The notes below the pieces were generated by a model. That model searched no databases, was not told the DNA's origin, and worked only from the letters and a program-made list of their open reading frames with translations. Below, one piece after another: positions 1 through 28,958 of a stretch of 64,000 bases of DNA. Made by a program: the position numbers and the translations under genes. The stretch's first letter is position 1, and the number at the start of each line of letters is the position of its first letter. This DNA comes from Salpingoeca rosetta (lineage: Eukaryota > Protista > Choanoflagellata): contig JAWQFM010000033.1 in assembly GCA_033442325.1 (NCBI GenBank), positions 238,973 to 302,972 of the forward strand, read 5' to 3'.

Positions 1-65
<65 letters not shown>
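1..65. repeat. (CA)n microsatellite
   Basis: Perfect AC dinucleotide run at the window start, just 3' of the gene 1 stop. It is representative of dozens of CA/GT tracts in introns and UTRs throughout the window. Confidence 0.95.
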
Positions 66-68
<3 letters not shown>

Positions 69-71
69 CAC

Positions 72-3000
72 TCACGTGCGGGTGAGCGGGTGGAGCTGGA
101 GCCAGTCGTCAGCGCTCGTCTTGACGTAGACCTCCAAGGCATTCGGGTCCGGCCAGCTCAGCGTCAGGTGTTGCTCAACAACACTCGTGTCACCACCACC
201 ACCACCACCACCTTCACGGGCTGCAGAGTCTTCACCAACCGCCGCCCCTGTCCGCTCGTCACCCTGCACAGTCCCCAAGACGGACGCACCAACACCAACA
301 CCAACATCACCATTGCCATAATCATCGCCGAACCCATCACCACCAGTGCCATCATCGCTCGACTGTTTCCTCCGGCGCTCTTGCATGGCACGGTCAACGT
401 CTGTCACCCTGCGCCGCGGGTTGTCCTTGCGCCGCGGCGTGTAGCGGTGGTGGCCATACTCATCCTCGCCACCGCTGCTGGCGCTGCCGCCTTGTTGCTG
501 CTGCTGTTGCTGCTGCTGCTGTTGCTGTTGCTGTTCTGGCCAGATGATGTTGTCAACAAGTTGACTCATCACACTCATGTCCTCATCGACCGTCGTCACC
601 GCCGTCGTTGCGCTCTCACCACCATCACCATCGGGTGGTGGCCGGTGCTGGCTGGTGCGTGTGCTCGACCCGGTTGAGGTTTCATCACTGGCAGCGTCCA
701 CCCGCCAGTCGCCAGGCATGTCGCGCAGTGGCGCAAACCGATCATCACAATCACCATCACCATCACCGCGACCACTCACGTCAACATCCACGTGCACGTG
801 CGACGTGTACCCGCCCATCGGCTGCTGCTGCTGCTGCTGTTGTTGTTGTGCGCGTGTGCGATCACCAATTGGAATGCGAACCCAGCCGTCGTCTGCCTCC
901 AAGAGCTGAAGGTCGTCATCCAAGGGGTGCACCTCCTCCACGCCATCACCAGCGCTCACAGCCGTGGTGACGGTGGCTGCGCTGTGCGCTGTGTCGACAG
1001 TTGGCGTGGCAGACTGGGACCGCTCCACCACCTCGTCCACGTCAATCCGGTACGACTGCTCGCTCACCTGTCGCCGCTGCAGCGCGTGCGGATGCACACC
1101 GAGACCACCATGGCCACCACCACCACCATCACCGCCACCGCTGCCAGTGACGACGTCAGCAAAGAGGAGGTCAGCAGGCGCATCTGCGCGCTCCACGCAG
1201 TCGACAGGAACATCGCCCACCTCCCCCACGGCATTGCACGCCTTGATGTACCCCTGGGCAGCGCCGGGCCCAATGTACACGAGCGTGTCGCCGGGCGAGA
1301 ACTGGAGGCTGTAATATGCCGGAGCAGCAGGCACGCGCACGGCAACGAGGACCGTGCGAGGTGGAAAAGCGGCAGCGGCGAGCGGCAGCTGATGGTAGGG
1401 CGTGACGGGCACGCTGAACCCATTGTCAAAGCCGTTGTCAAAGCCGTTGCCTGCGCCGCCACCGTTGAAGGGGAAGTTGGCGTGTGGGCCGGTGCCAAAG
1501 CCGTTGTCGCCCTCCAGGCGGTACACGCGGTAGTCCTCGTGGTAGTTGTCAAACGTGACAATGCCGTCAGCGTCTGCCTCGGCAAGCTGCTGCCCAGAGC
1601 TGCGCTTGCCACCACGCCGCTTCTTGCCCTTTGCAGACGAGGACGGCGGTGAGGATGGCGATGATGATGATGATGATTTTGTTGCTGGGAGCGTCGATGC
1701 CTGCACACCCATGGGCAGGTAGTGGCCGGCGTGGCGGCGGCGGTGGTGGACGAACACGGCAGCCGTGATGGCAATGACAGCCACGCAGCCAATGACAATG
1801 CCTGCAATGGCGCCACCGGTGATGTTGTCGTCGTCACCATCGTTGTCTGCCTGCAGCGAGTTGGTGAGGACGGTACCAAGGTCGGTGGATGGTGCTGGGG
1901 ATTCATCTGCCGTCTGTGGCTGCACACTCGCGCCGCCAACAGCAGTCGCAAACCCGCTCTCAAGCGCAACCCGGTACCTGTGGTGTACAGTGAATTGGAG
2001 AGTTGGTTGGGGGGGGGGGTCAAGGATGATGACATTGATTGGGGAGGGAAAGACAAAGATAGATAGTGTGTGTGTGGGTGTGTGTGTGTATGGGTGTGTG
2101 TATGGGTGTGTGTGTGTGTATGTGTGCGAGTCCTTGATGAGAGTTTAAGATAGAATAAAGGCGCACAGACAATTGCACGCTGAGGCAAGAATGATGACAA
2201 CAAAGCACACGAATGTGTTTCTCTCTCTCTCTCTCTCTCTGTGACGCACGTGGTTGGGTCAGCAAAGGCGACGTTGCGCTTGAGTGCTGTTTTGTCCTGA
2301 CTGTTCATGTCAATCGCAAACACCGTTGCTGGTTGTGGCCATGATGTTGGCAATGGTGGTCGGTGATTTGGGGGAGGGGGGTTCGGAGGTGAGCGTGCGG
2401 GTAATGCTGTGATGTCCTGCATTATATGTGCTTGTGTGTGTTTGTGTATGCACACTTGTGTATGTGTGTGTGCGTGCGTGCGTGCGTGTGTGTGCGTGCG
2501 TGCGTGTGTGTGTGTTTGTGTGTCTGCACACTTGTGCGTGCGCGCGCGTGTGATTGTGTGTATGCACACTTGTGTGAGTATGTGCGTGTGTGTACGCGGG
2601 CGCGCATGTACACTTGTGTGTGTCACCTTCTTCGCGGCGGCGAGTGAGGGAACGGGCGATTCCTCCGGTCAAACGAATGAACGACGCAGCAGGTGGGATG
2701 CCCTGGCATACACGATGGCGGAGCGATGGTCAGGAAGTGGGCCGGATATTTTTTTTTTTGAGAGGGGGGGGGAGGGGAAGAGGGTGATGTGGTTGTGGTG
2801 TGTTGTGTTGTTGCGCACACACAAGTGGACGCCACAAGAACAAGCACAAGCCGTCTCACACTTGTGTACGAATCCAATTCTTTCACACACACACACACAT
2901 GCAGAGTAAAGACGTACAGCGTGGAGGATGCACTTGGTTGGATCGACTGTATCCAAGATGGCGGGTCGGCTCATGTTGAAGGCGATGACGCCCCTCTGGC

Positions 3001-3143
3001 GGTCAATCGCAAACGCCACGAGCCTCAACGGCGCCTCAGTGGCCGTGGTGGTTGTTGTCGTTGTTGTCGTTGTTGTTGTCGTCGTCACTGTTGTTGCTGT
3101 TGTTGCTGTTGTTGTGGTTGTTGTTGTCGTTGATGTCGTCACT

Positions 3144-3175
<32 letters not shown>

Positions 3176-3672
3176 GGTTGTTGTTGTTGTTGTTGATGAC
3201 GTGCTTGAAGTGGAGGTTGATGTGGAAGGGAAGCCATCATCTCCAGAGCCGCTACCGCTTCCGCTGCCACTGCCATCCATGTCATCCCCACTCCCGCTGC
3301 CGTCCATGCCTCCCATATCATCCCCACTACCACCGCCACTGCCGTCCATGTCATCTCCACTCCCGCTGCCACTCATATCGTCAACGCCGCTGCCGCTGCC
3401 GCTGTCATCTGTCGAGCTGAACGACGTGACGGTGAACGGCCATGCCGGTACCGTCGTCGACACGGCCGCCGCCCGCACCTGCTGTTGCTGCAGGTATTGC
3501 GCGTGTATGTATGTGCGTGAGTGTGTGTGTGTGTGCATGTGTGTGTGTGTGAGTGAGTGAGTGAGTGAGTGAGTATGTGTGTGTCATGGCGATGGTGTGC
3601 GGCTGACGGTGAGCAAAGTAAGTGCGATGGCAGTACAGAACCACCCACAAAAACAAGAACGCACACAGGCAG

Positions 3673-3744
<72 letters not shown>

Positions 3745-3806
3745 GCACGCACCTGAGCCGCAGCAAGGGCGAGGACGAGCACGCATGCCCAGAGCACAGC
3801 CCTCAT
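72..3806 (-). CDS. Type I transmembrane glycoprotein/proteoglycan-like protein: signal peptide, acidic Ser-Gly cluster, poly-Thr stalk, about 115-aa folded extracellular module, TM helix, cytoplasmic SH3-like domain, disordered tail (5 exons)
   Basis: Exon 3806-3753 gives MRAVLWACVLVLALAAAQ|gt (signal peptide). Exon about 3480-2918 gives DDSGSGSG..., poly-T and LRLVAFAIDRQRGVIAF...ILHA|gt. Exons at about 2703-2627 and 2329-2250 have compatible phases. The last exon (about 1977-72) contains TM GGAIAGIVIGCVAVIAITAAVFV followed by HHRRRH, then SH3-like LQFSPGDTLVYIGPGAAQGYIKACNAVGEVGDVPVDCVE, and the stop at 72. Confidence 0.8.
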
Positions 3807-5958
3807 GATCGTCTGTGCTGTGACTCGAAAAACAGCCCTTTGCCGTCTCAACTTCGTTGTCTGTGATGCGTGACACAGCACACAGTCACAAAGCGAACAA
3901 GAAAGCGAGATGGAAATGAGAGGATGGGCAACTGCCTGCCTTGCCTTGCTTGCTAGCCGCATGAATTTGGCGCTCGCATGCACTTGCTTGAAGAGAAGCA
4001 ACACACAAGTCCCACCGCAGACACACAGAGACACACAGACATCACAAGAACCAGAGCAACAGCCAAGGCGCACACCCACACGGGTGGTTGCCGGTGCACT
4101 GCCACGCAAGATATGCAGTGACTGGCTGCGTTGACGGGCAAACACACCTGTTGCTTGGTGTCCGCCCTGGCAGTGCACTGCTGGCAACAGGATCAACCAA
4201 CCAACCAACTCAAGGGAAGGGAAACTCGAGTTGGTGATGGCTTTAAGGGCGAAGGATGTGGTTGGTGGATGTGGTTGGTGGATGTGGTTGTTGGTTGGGG
4301 CGACACAAAGGTGGTGGTGGGTGTACGTGTGAACGTGTGGTGCGTGGGTGAATATGGGTGAGTCCATGCACTCATGTGAATGAAAAGGACACACAGCAAA
4401 AGCAAAGACAGCAGCGCATGCGCAGTGTGTGGTGTGTTGTGTGTGGAGCAAGAGCAATCTGAAAATACGCAATCGTGCAACGTGTGACTTCGCCACCAAT
4501 ATACGCCACCACAATCATCAAGGACAGGATGTTGACGTGAAGTGCTGCAAGCAACCCACAACCCAAGTGCTCAAGTGATCGAGTGCGGTGGACGAGTGCA
4601 GGCTGTGGAGCCCTGCAATCACACACGCACACATGCACACACACATACCTACACACACACGCACATGCACACACACACACACCTCTTTGCTGAGGTAGTG
4701 CTGCGCACTGTTCGCTGTGCTGCACAAGGAGTGTGATGTCTTGATGTGCGGCCCGTTGGCTTTCTGCGAGCTGCTGCACTGGCTGGCAATGCAAAGATGG
4801 AAAGATGGAAATGAAGAGAGAGAAAGACGAAGTAAGACCGACACAACTGCAACATACGCCACACCACAGCAATTGAAAAGCCATGCTGCACATGCAGTGC
4901 ACTCCTTCGATGCACTCGTATGTATCAGCGTGTTGCACCTTTCTCACCGCTTTCTGGAAAGTCCAATCACAATCTAACTACGCCTGGTCCTACTGAATGA
5001 AGCGCAACCTGCAGTCAAGATCCATGTGAGCACGCGCAAGCGCGCGCGTGCGTGCTGGTGAACACGTGGATATGCGAATACACCTTGTGCGTGTGTGAGG
5101 TGGTTGTCAGATACAGCAGCGTCTCTCCACCACGATCTTCTCTCCTCCGACCTTGCCTGTTTTCGATTTTGATGTGAGCCACGCTCATATAACCAAGCAC
5201 CCTTTCCCACCCCTCTCTTGCTTTCACGACCTCACGTCACACACAGGTGGTGCTCACCAATCTATCATCATGTCACTGCCACCCGCACGCCGTGCACGCC
5301 GAACCCACAGCAAGCAAGACGCACCCTCGATCGTGGCACGCCTTTCGCGAATGACACCGCCAATCGTAAAAATTCGTGCGGCTGACACCACTTAGGAGAC
5401 GTGCAACCTCCCCTCCAAACCCGGACATGATGACATCTCTCCTCTCTCTTCTCTGCCTTGCGTTCGTGTCAAATGAGCACCAAGAGCAAACCCAAGCAAG
5501 AGATGCTGAACAAAGAAGGTGGCGGGAGGAAATGATTCTATGATTGTGGCACAAAGAGACTAAGAGGGGGGGGGGAAGACGTGTGATGAGACATGCAGAC
5601 GGTAGGGAAGGTCATCCCTTGCTTGAACACTTTGGGATTTGTCTCTCTTCGAGTGGTCTCCTAGTCTTCTCTTCTCGTTTCGATTCGGAATCCAGCGCCC
5701 TGACCCTGAGAACAAACATTGGGCGAGCACACTGCATGCCTGCATGCTGTGCATGGTGCCTCTTGCCTCTGTGTGATATGAGACACCTTGTGAGCTCTGC
5801 ATGGGTGACAGTGGGCACACGGGCAGGTGGGGTAGGGGGGAGGGTGGGCGACTGGGCGAGCTTCACTCCTCCACAGTACAACATAGCTGTCACGTTCCCT
5901 TCTGGCCTTCTGTCGTGTCCGAGTTTGCCTTTGCCCGATAAAGGCAAGTTTGACTTTG

Positions 5959-15459
<9,501 letters not shown>

Positions 15460-15808
15460 TGGTGATTGTGATGTGCTGACGACAATGTTGTCGATATTGC
15501 CATCTTGGTGGTTGGTGGCAGCCACAAGTTTGCAGAGAATTTGGTCTCGTGTTGTGTGACGGTGGTTACAGGCAGTGTGTTTGACGGGTTAAGAATTTCA
15601 TTGCTCCGAGAACACGCACACGTGTGTTTGTGTGTGTTTGTGTGTTTCTGTGTTTTGGAAGTTTGATGTTAACCCAGCTTGAATAGTTGTTGCTTGTCCA
15701 CGAGTTGTACGCGTTGTTGTGCTTTTTCCTCCCATTGCTTTGGTTACGTGGTGGCAGTTCTTGTTGATGCCAATGCATTTGGCTGCTTGGTTTGGTTAAT
15801 CACCCCTC

Positions 15809-15840
<32 letters not shown>

Positions 15841-16694
15841 TGTGTGCGCGTGTGTGTGCGTGTGTGTGCGTGTGTGTGTGTGATTCATCGCAAGTATGCA
15901 TGTGGCTAGTTAAACGACATCGAACCACGATCAAGCACAGGTTGATACAGATGATGGGTTGTGAGTGAGCGAGAGAGTGTGTGTATCCACACATGTTTGT
16001 TCAACTGTGTCCAACACCTAATCCAACACTTCTGCTTGCCGAGTGTGTGAAGCTGTGTTTGTTTATTGCCATCAAAGACACTAACATACGGCAAGTGCAC
16101 ATGCGCGCACACGGAAATAGAAAGACAGAGACAAGAGACACCAACGAGGGTCATGGTAGTGTGCCTGACTAATCGCAAGAGGAAGCGCAAAGTGTCGTGA
16201 GTGTGTGAACGCGTGTGTGAACGAACGCACGTGTAACCATTCGTCTCACAGCCGTTCACATGCGAGTAGCGATCTTGCACAATGTCATGAGCACAACACC
16301 GACATCAGGTAAGAAGAAAAGAAGAAGAACGAACAAAGTCTTTGGCAGCATAAACAAAGAGCCAAAACGATGCGGGTGAAGGACAAAACAGAACCATGCA
16401 TGAACGAAACACACGCTGTCAGGGTATCGCCATCATCATCAGCGCACACATGCACACGCGGTCAACACGCAGAGGCAAGTCCTACGCAATCGCCACAAAC
16501 AGTCAAGCAAGGGAGGCGCATCATCATCATCATCCATCATCATCACCTCATCAAAGCGTCACAACAAGCAAGATAGGGAACGAGTAATGCCAATCGAGCC
16601 GTGCTTGTCATCATCTCCACTACTGCTGTTTGTACAAAGGGAAGCTGCTGTCGCGCATTTGCAATCGTGTGCGTGCGTATTGCGGGCGTGGCGG

Positions 16695-16809
<115 letters not shown>

Positions 16810-16855
16810 CGTATCGGTGGTATTTGGGTGGTGCATATGTCTGTCGTGGCGGTGT

Positions 16856-17131
16856 TCAGGCAAACTGAAAGTTCTTGATGCGACGCTTGATCTCGTTCGA
16901 AATCATCGTCAGCTCGTGCGACGCACCGCCAAGCATGCCGCTGTCAAGGGTGCAAGGGGGTGAGGGGAGGTTGAGTGAGGGTTGAGGGAAGAGGAGAAAG
17001 TACATTGGGGAGGGAGATAGTAGTAGGACGAGCGTCTTCAACTTAAGATCACGACACGACACGACACGACACGACACACACGCACACTCTCTCACCACAC
17101 ACACACACGACACGACACGACACGCACACAC

Positions 17132-17169
<38 letters not shown>

Positions 17170-18341
17170 CACAACAACCAAAACAACACACCTGTTCTCG
17201 TGTGCGCGGCGGATGAGGTATGGCATGACCTCGTTGACGGGGCCATAGGGGACGTACTTGTACGCCTTGTACCCGTTGAGGCCGAGCGTGTACGTGAGGT
17301 GGTCGCTCATGCCACGCAGCTGTGCAAAGCACACCCCTCCGGTCTGCGGGTCGATGCCACGCCGCTTCATCTCCTCAACTGGTGGTGGTAATGTGTGAAG
17401 GGGAGAGGGGTGTAAGATAGTAGAGGTGAGGGCATGTTGTAGGCCATGAATCGGGACAAATACGACGAGAAGAGGCGCCAGCAAGTAATCAACAGCACAT
17501 TCCAAGCAAAAAATAAACATGAGCAGCAAACACAAGCGAACACACATTCATACACACAAGTGCATGAACACACACGCACACGCACACACACACATTCCAT
17601 ACATACATGCATACACAAACACAGGGCACGCGACACACATCAACAACACGAGCAACGACGCACCTGCAAACTCGACCGAGTCCTGGTTGTGCGATGCGAT
17701 GAGGACGTTGCAGCGGGGGAAGTCCATGAGCAGCTGGATGGCGCGGTTGTATGCCGCGTGCGTGTCTTCGATTGTGTCGTGGATAGGATCAGGGTACCCG
17801 CGCTGGGTTTTGAGAGGATGAGCAGCAGGAGTAGGGAGGAGCAGGAGGAGTGGGAAGTTGGGGGGGGGGAGAGAGAGAGGTAGGGTGTGAGTTGCTCGAA
17901 TGTCGTAGGCGTTATGGTCGCCTTGTGTCTGGAGCCGACAAGAACGAACACACAGAAACGCTCACAACCGTTCTCAACAATGCATACACAACACAACACA
18001 ACACAACACACGCACATGCACAATCACTGCTGCCTCACCTGCTCAGCCAGCTTGCGCTCTGCCTCCATGTAGGCGCCACGCACGAGCTTTGCAGCAAACC
18101 ACCATCCCTCGCGCTGGGCACGCTCAAGGTCATGGGTGATGCGCAGGACAGCGTCCTTCAAATAGCATTGGTACGTCTGATAGATGAGGCCATAGCTCTG
18201 TTTGAAACAGGAAGAAGGGAGGGGGTGTGGAGGTGTGTTAAGGGAGAGGAGAAAGCGTGAGGTTGAGGGCGGCCGCAGTTGTGGTATTGAAAAGCAGAAC
18301 ACAATTGGACAAACACCAAACGAACTGCAGAGATGCCTGCA

Positions 18342-18382
<41 letters not shown>

Positions 18383-20172
18383 TGTTGTACTTGCGCTGGA
18401 GACCGAGGACGAGGTTGTCGATGATGGGCTGGAAGTACGTCTGCTCGGCGTCAATCATCAGCCGCACGCGATGCTTCTCCGCATACTCAACAACCTCCGT
18501 CAGGCGACTGCCGTGGCGAAGACGTGGGGTGTCAAGAGCGGTAGTGGTGGTGGTGGTGGAGAAGAAGAGGGAGGTGAGGATGTGGTGACAATGTACACAC
18601 ATAGCAACAAGAACAAGAACAAGAACAACAACAACAACAACAGCAACAGCCCACCAAAACGTTCTCATCGTTGTCATCACCACCACCGCGACGCACCGCT
18701 GCAGGTTCCTGAGGAGCTCCAGTTCGCGTTCCGTGGGCATCTCGTGGGTGATGTGGGCGAGCGGCGTGTGCGGGCCCGCACGGCGCATCAGCTCCCAGAT
18801 GTCCTCAATGTGCAGGTTGTGCGTCCATTCCACAAAGTCCACGCGCCCGTTGCGGTCAGAGTCAACCAGGTTGTAAAAGTCGTGGATCTCTTGGTCTAAC
18901 GGTGTTGAAATGCAAGTGGCAGAGGGGGAAGATGGGAGGGTGTGTGTGTGTGTGGGGGGGGTGTGAACGCACATGTTTTGTGTCTGTGCGTGTGAGTTTG
19001 TGTCTTTGTTTCTGTGTAACGCCACGCACAAGCAGAGCACACACACACGCGCGCGCGCACGCACACGCACACGCACGCACAAACCACAGCGCACAGCACA
19101 GCGCGCGCGTGTGCATTGCTGACCTGAGATGTCAGGGAAGTACTGGTGGAAGAAGCGCTGGAAGTCTTCCTCGGTGAGGCCGTCGGCGTGGTGGTGCTCA
19201 ACACCTTCCTCCCGCTTCGCAAACAGATCAAACAGCCTGGCCATGGACAGAAGAGGCGGGGGGGGGGAAACAGTCGATTCATTTGTTTCATGGGAATGTG
19301 GATATGTGGAGTGAGTTTGGCGTGTAGTGTGGAGTGACTGAGATCGAGAGGGGTATGAGGGAAGGTGATCAGCCATGTCTGCGCATTTTCAAACACGAAC
19401 GCAATACACGTGTGGCACAGCGTCCTCACCATTGTGTCTGGATGATGGCTGTGGAGAGTTGCTTCAGGAGGTCGGGGTGGCCCAGAGCAGTCACCTTGAT
19501 GGCTGCCGTGGTGAAGTAATACAAGGGGAGTGAGGTGAGGTGAAGGAAAGGCAATCGAGCAGCTAGCATCGCCGTGGGTGTTTGCAAAACAAGCACACAC
19601 ACAGACACAGACACACACACGTGCACACACACACACACCTGCAATGCCAGCTGGAGTGACGTTGTGGACGTTTTCGATGCACGTCTTAAAGTTCTCGACG
19701 TTTGCATCACAGTGGGACTCGTCAATGTAATCGTATGTGCGCGCAGACAACCGTTGCTCCTCCTCCAGCACATCCTCCTATTGATTGTGGTGATGATACC
19801 AGGGAGATGGACAGGAACAAGGTGGGTGAGGGAGGACGTGAGAGGAACAAGGTACACCAACACATGCGTGCGAGTGTCTAAGGGCGCACACTCCATCACA
19901 CAACACAATCACACAAGACGGCCACCATGACAAACATTTACACCACCGCCATGATCATCAGCGGTGGGCGTCAGCGTACCGGCTTGTCTTCGAGGTCTGC
20001 CTCGGCGGCGTAGTCCATGATAGAGCCGATGCCGCTCGCACGCAGCTCAGCAACCTGCCGCCACAGTGCACACCAACACCAGTGTGGAACGATGGAAGTG
20101 TGTGTGTGTGCATGGGGATGGGTGAGGACTAGGCAAATGTGATGTTGAGGTCACCACGCGACCAGCAGTAGT

Positions 20173-20257
<85 letters not shown>

Positions 20258-20441
20258 TTGTCATTGACGCACGATTGGCCGGAGCTCGTCCTCATTCTCG
20301 CCAGCGCAGAAGTGGCGGAAGAAGGTTCCCTTCACAATCCCGTCAACAAGCCGAGCACCAAACACGGCCCTTCACAGGCACACGCACACGCACACACAAA
20401 AAAATGTGAGCGGGTGGTCAAGGTGCCAAACTGCAATGCAA

Positions 20442-20533
<92 letters not shown>

Positions 20534-21068
20534 CTCACCTTGTCTTCTTGTAGAGGGGTCCTGCATTCTCCACAATCTGGCGAACGGTGCACAGCTTGAG
20601 CACCCCATATGCGAGCACGAGGTCGTACAGCGACTTGGTCTGGAACGCCTGGCTCGGGTCGCTGAAGTCAAGCTTGTCTGCCGACATGGTGGCGTGTGCG
20701 GGCGCCCCCGTGTCGTGTGGCGGGGCGGAGGTCGGGTCTACAGCAGGTGTTGGTGCCTGCCCTGCGGCTGGTGCGGTGGCCGTGGACATGTGCGCCTCCT
20801 TGGTGGCGGTGACTGCTGGCTCGCTGTCGGTTGGCGTGGTCTTGTGGAAGCCGGTGGTGGTGGTGGTGGTGGTGGTGGTGGCAGTGGCTGGTGGTGCCGC
20901 GTTGGCGTGTGGGTGCGACGAGCGCATGTACATGGCAGCGGACGACAGCGCGGCGCGGTGCTGGTGTTGCGCGAGCAAGGTGGTCATGGATGTGCCGTGG
21001 CATCGTGCAGCCGACAGCAGCGCGGGTCCGCGGGCAGCGGCCCACGCACGCAGAGGTGCCGTGGCCAT
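16856..21068 (-). CDS. PRODH: Proline dehydrogenase (proline oxidase), mitochondrial, with EF-hand insertion; 12 exons
   Basis: Arg/Ala-rich targeting-like N-terminus MATAPLRAWAAARG. Family motifs in phase-compatible exons: [117 protein letters not shown]. Stop at 16856. Confidence 0.96.
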
Positions 21069-22520
21069 TTGAGGCGACAGGAAGAGAGAATGGGGGAGGG
21101 GAGGGGAGATGAAGGGAGATGAAGGGAGATGAAGAGAGATGGAGCTGGTCGAATAGGTTCCCTTGGCTGCTGGTTGGTTGGTTGATTGGTCGTGGGAGTG
21201 AAGACGACGCGTCAAGCACAGAGGAGAAGCTGTTTTGAAGGACGTCAGACGAATGGATGAATGTGGAGAAGGTTCTGGACGGTGGGGAGGTTGCGATATG
21301 GGGGTGTGCTTGATGGGGAATGCAATCAGTCAGACGGTTGATGATGGCTGAAGCGACGAAAACGCGCAGGTGGTGGTCGCGCGTGCTGCTGTGATGTGAT
21401 GTGATTGAACGATTGATCGGGCGACGACGGCGGTTATCGCAAACGCGCGCTGATTGCAAGTGTTTCGCGCTGCCGGCGTCGTGATGGAGACGGATGGATA
21501 GATAAGCAAGGGGGTCGTGGGGATGGAATGGGTTCGTGTATGCGATGGTGATGTGGACGTTCGTGCGTGTGTGCGTGTGTGTGTGTTTGTGAGGTGGGGT
21601 TGACTACAATCAATCAATCAATCAGAGACGTGCGCCCAGTGCACGGGGAAAAATGATAATGATCGGCGAGGAGGACACGACACAACAGGCAACAGCAGGG
21701 AGGCAGGGGAACGAAGCAACAGCAGAGGAGTGTGATGCAATAGGGCTGTAAACACAGAAACAGAGCAAGATGAAGCACCCCCCGATCACTTGCCAACTGA
21801 CGAAAACCAGGCCTCACCTTGCTTGCTTTTGCTTGCTGGGGGGAAGATGGGTGGGTTGGTTGCTGCAAAAGCAACAAGCGCGTGAAAAAAAGTCAGCAAA
21901 GCCAAAGTGGCGAATGCAGAACACAAACCTAACAACAAATTTGCATGTGCAAGACCATGTGCGTTGCGTTTGGGGTTGTGTGGTGGAGTGTGGGAAGGGG
22001 TGAGTTTGGCATGGTGGGAGGAGAGGCGCGATCACCATTCCCGCTCCGCTCTCTCATGAGGCTCACACGCGGTCGACTCATGGCTCACCTCAAAACCTCT
22101 TGGCTGGCTGGTTGCATGGCTCGCAGACATGCAGGCACAGCAGGCACAACCAACAGGCACAGCCTTCAAGAGCGATGGAAGGGTTTGTTTGGATTTTTCA
22201 TGTGATTGCGGATTTCTTGTGGAAATTTTGGTAGAGTTTTCGTGCATATTCGCAACACCGATTGCGCAACGGGTGATTCGGTTGCACCAATCCCATGCTT
22301 TGCAGCAACCACGCCAAATCGAAGCGAAAGACGACACACGACATACAGTCATGTGCAAGCATGACAAAAGGGTGACACGACACACAGAAATAGAGTCGCC
22401 GCCGGCGGATACAGCAGCAAGCAACAAGTAAAGCAAGTCAAGGCAGCAGCACAAGCACAAACACAACACAAGCACAAGCACAACACAACACACACAACCA
22501 CACAAACAACCACACCAACG

Positions 22521-28958
<6,438 letters not shown>

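Noticed and set aside
72-3806. True syndecan ortholog
   Set aside because: It lacks the conserved syndecan cytoplasmic C1/C2 motifs, and the tail is about 550 aa with an SH3-like domain.
3807-5958. Additional gene between genes 1 and 2 (ORFs 4372-4947, 5153-5395)
   Set aside because: No coherent exon chain or recognisable motifs; probably promoter/UTR sequence.
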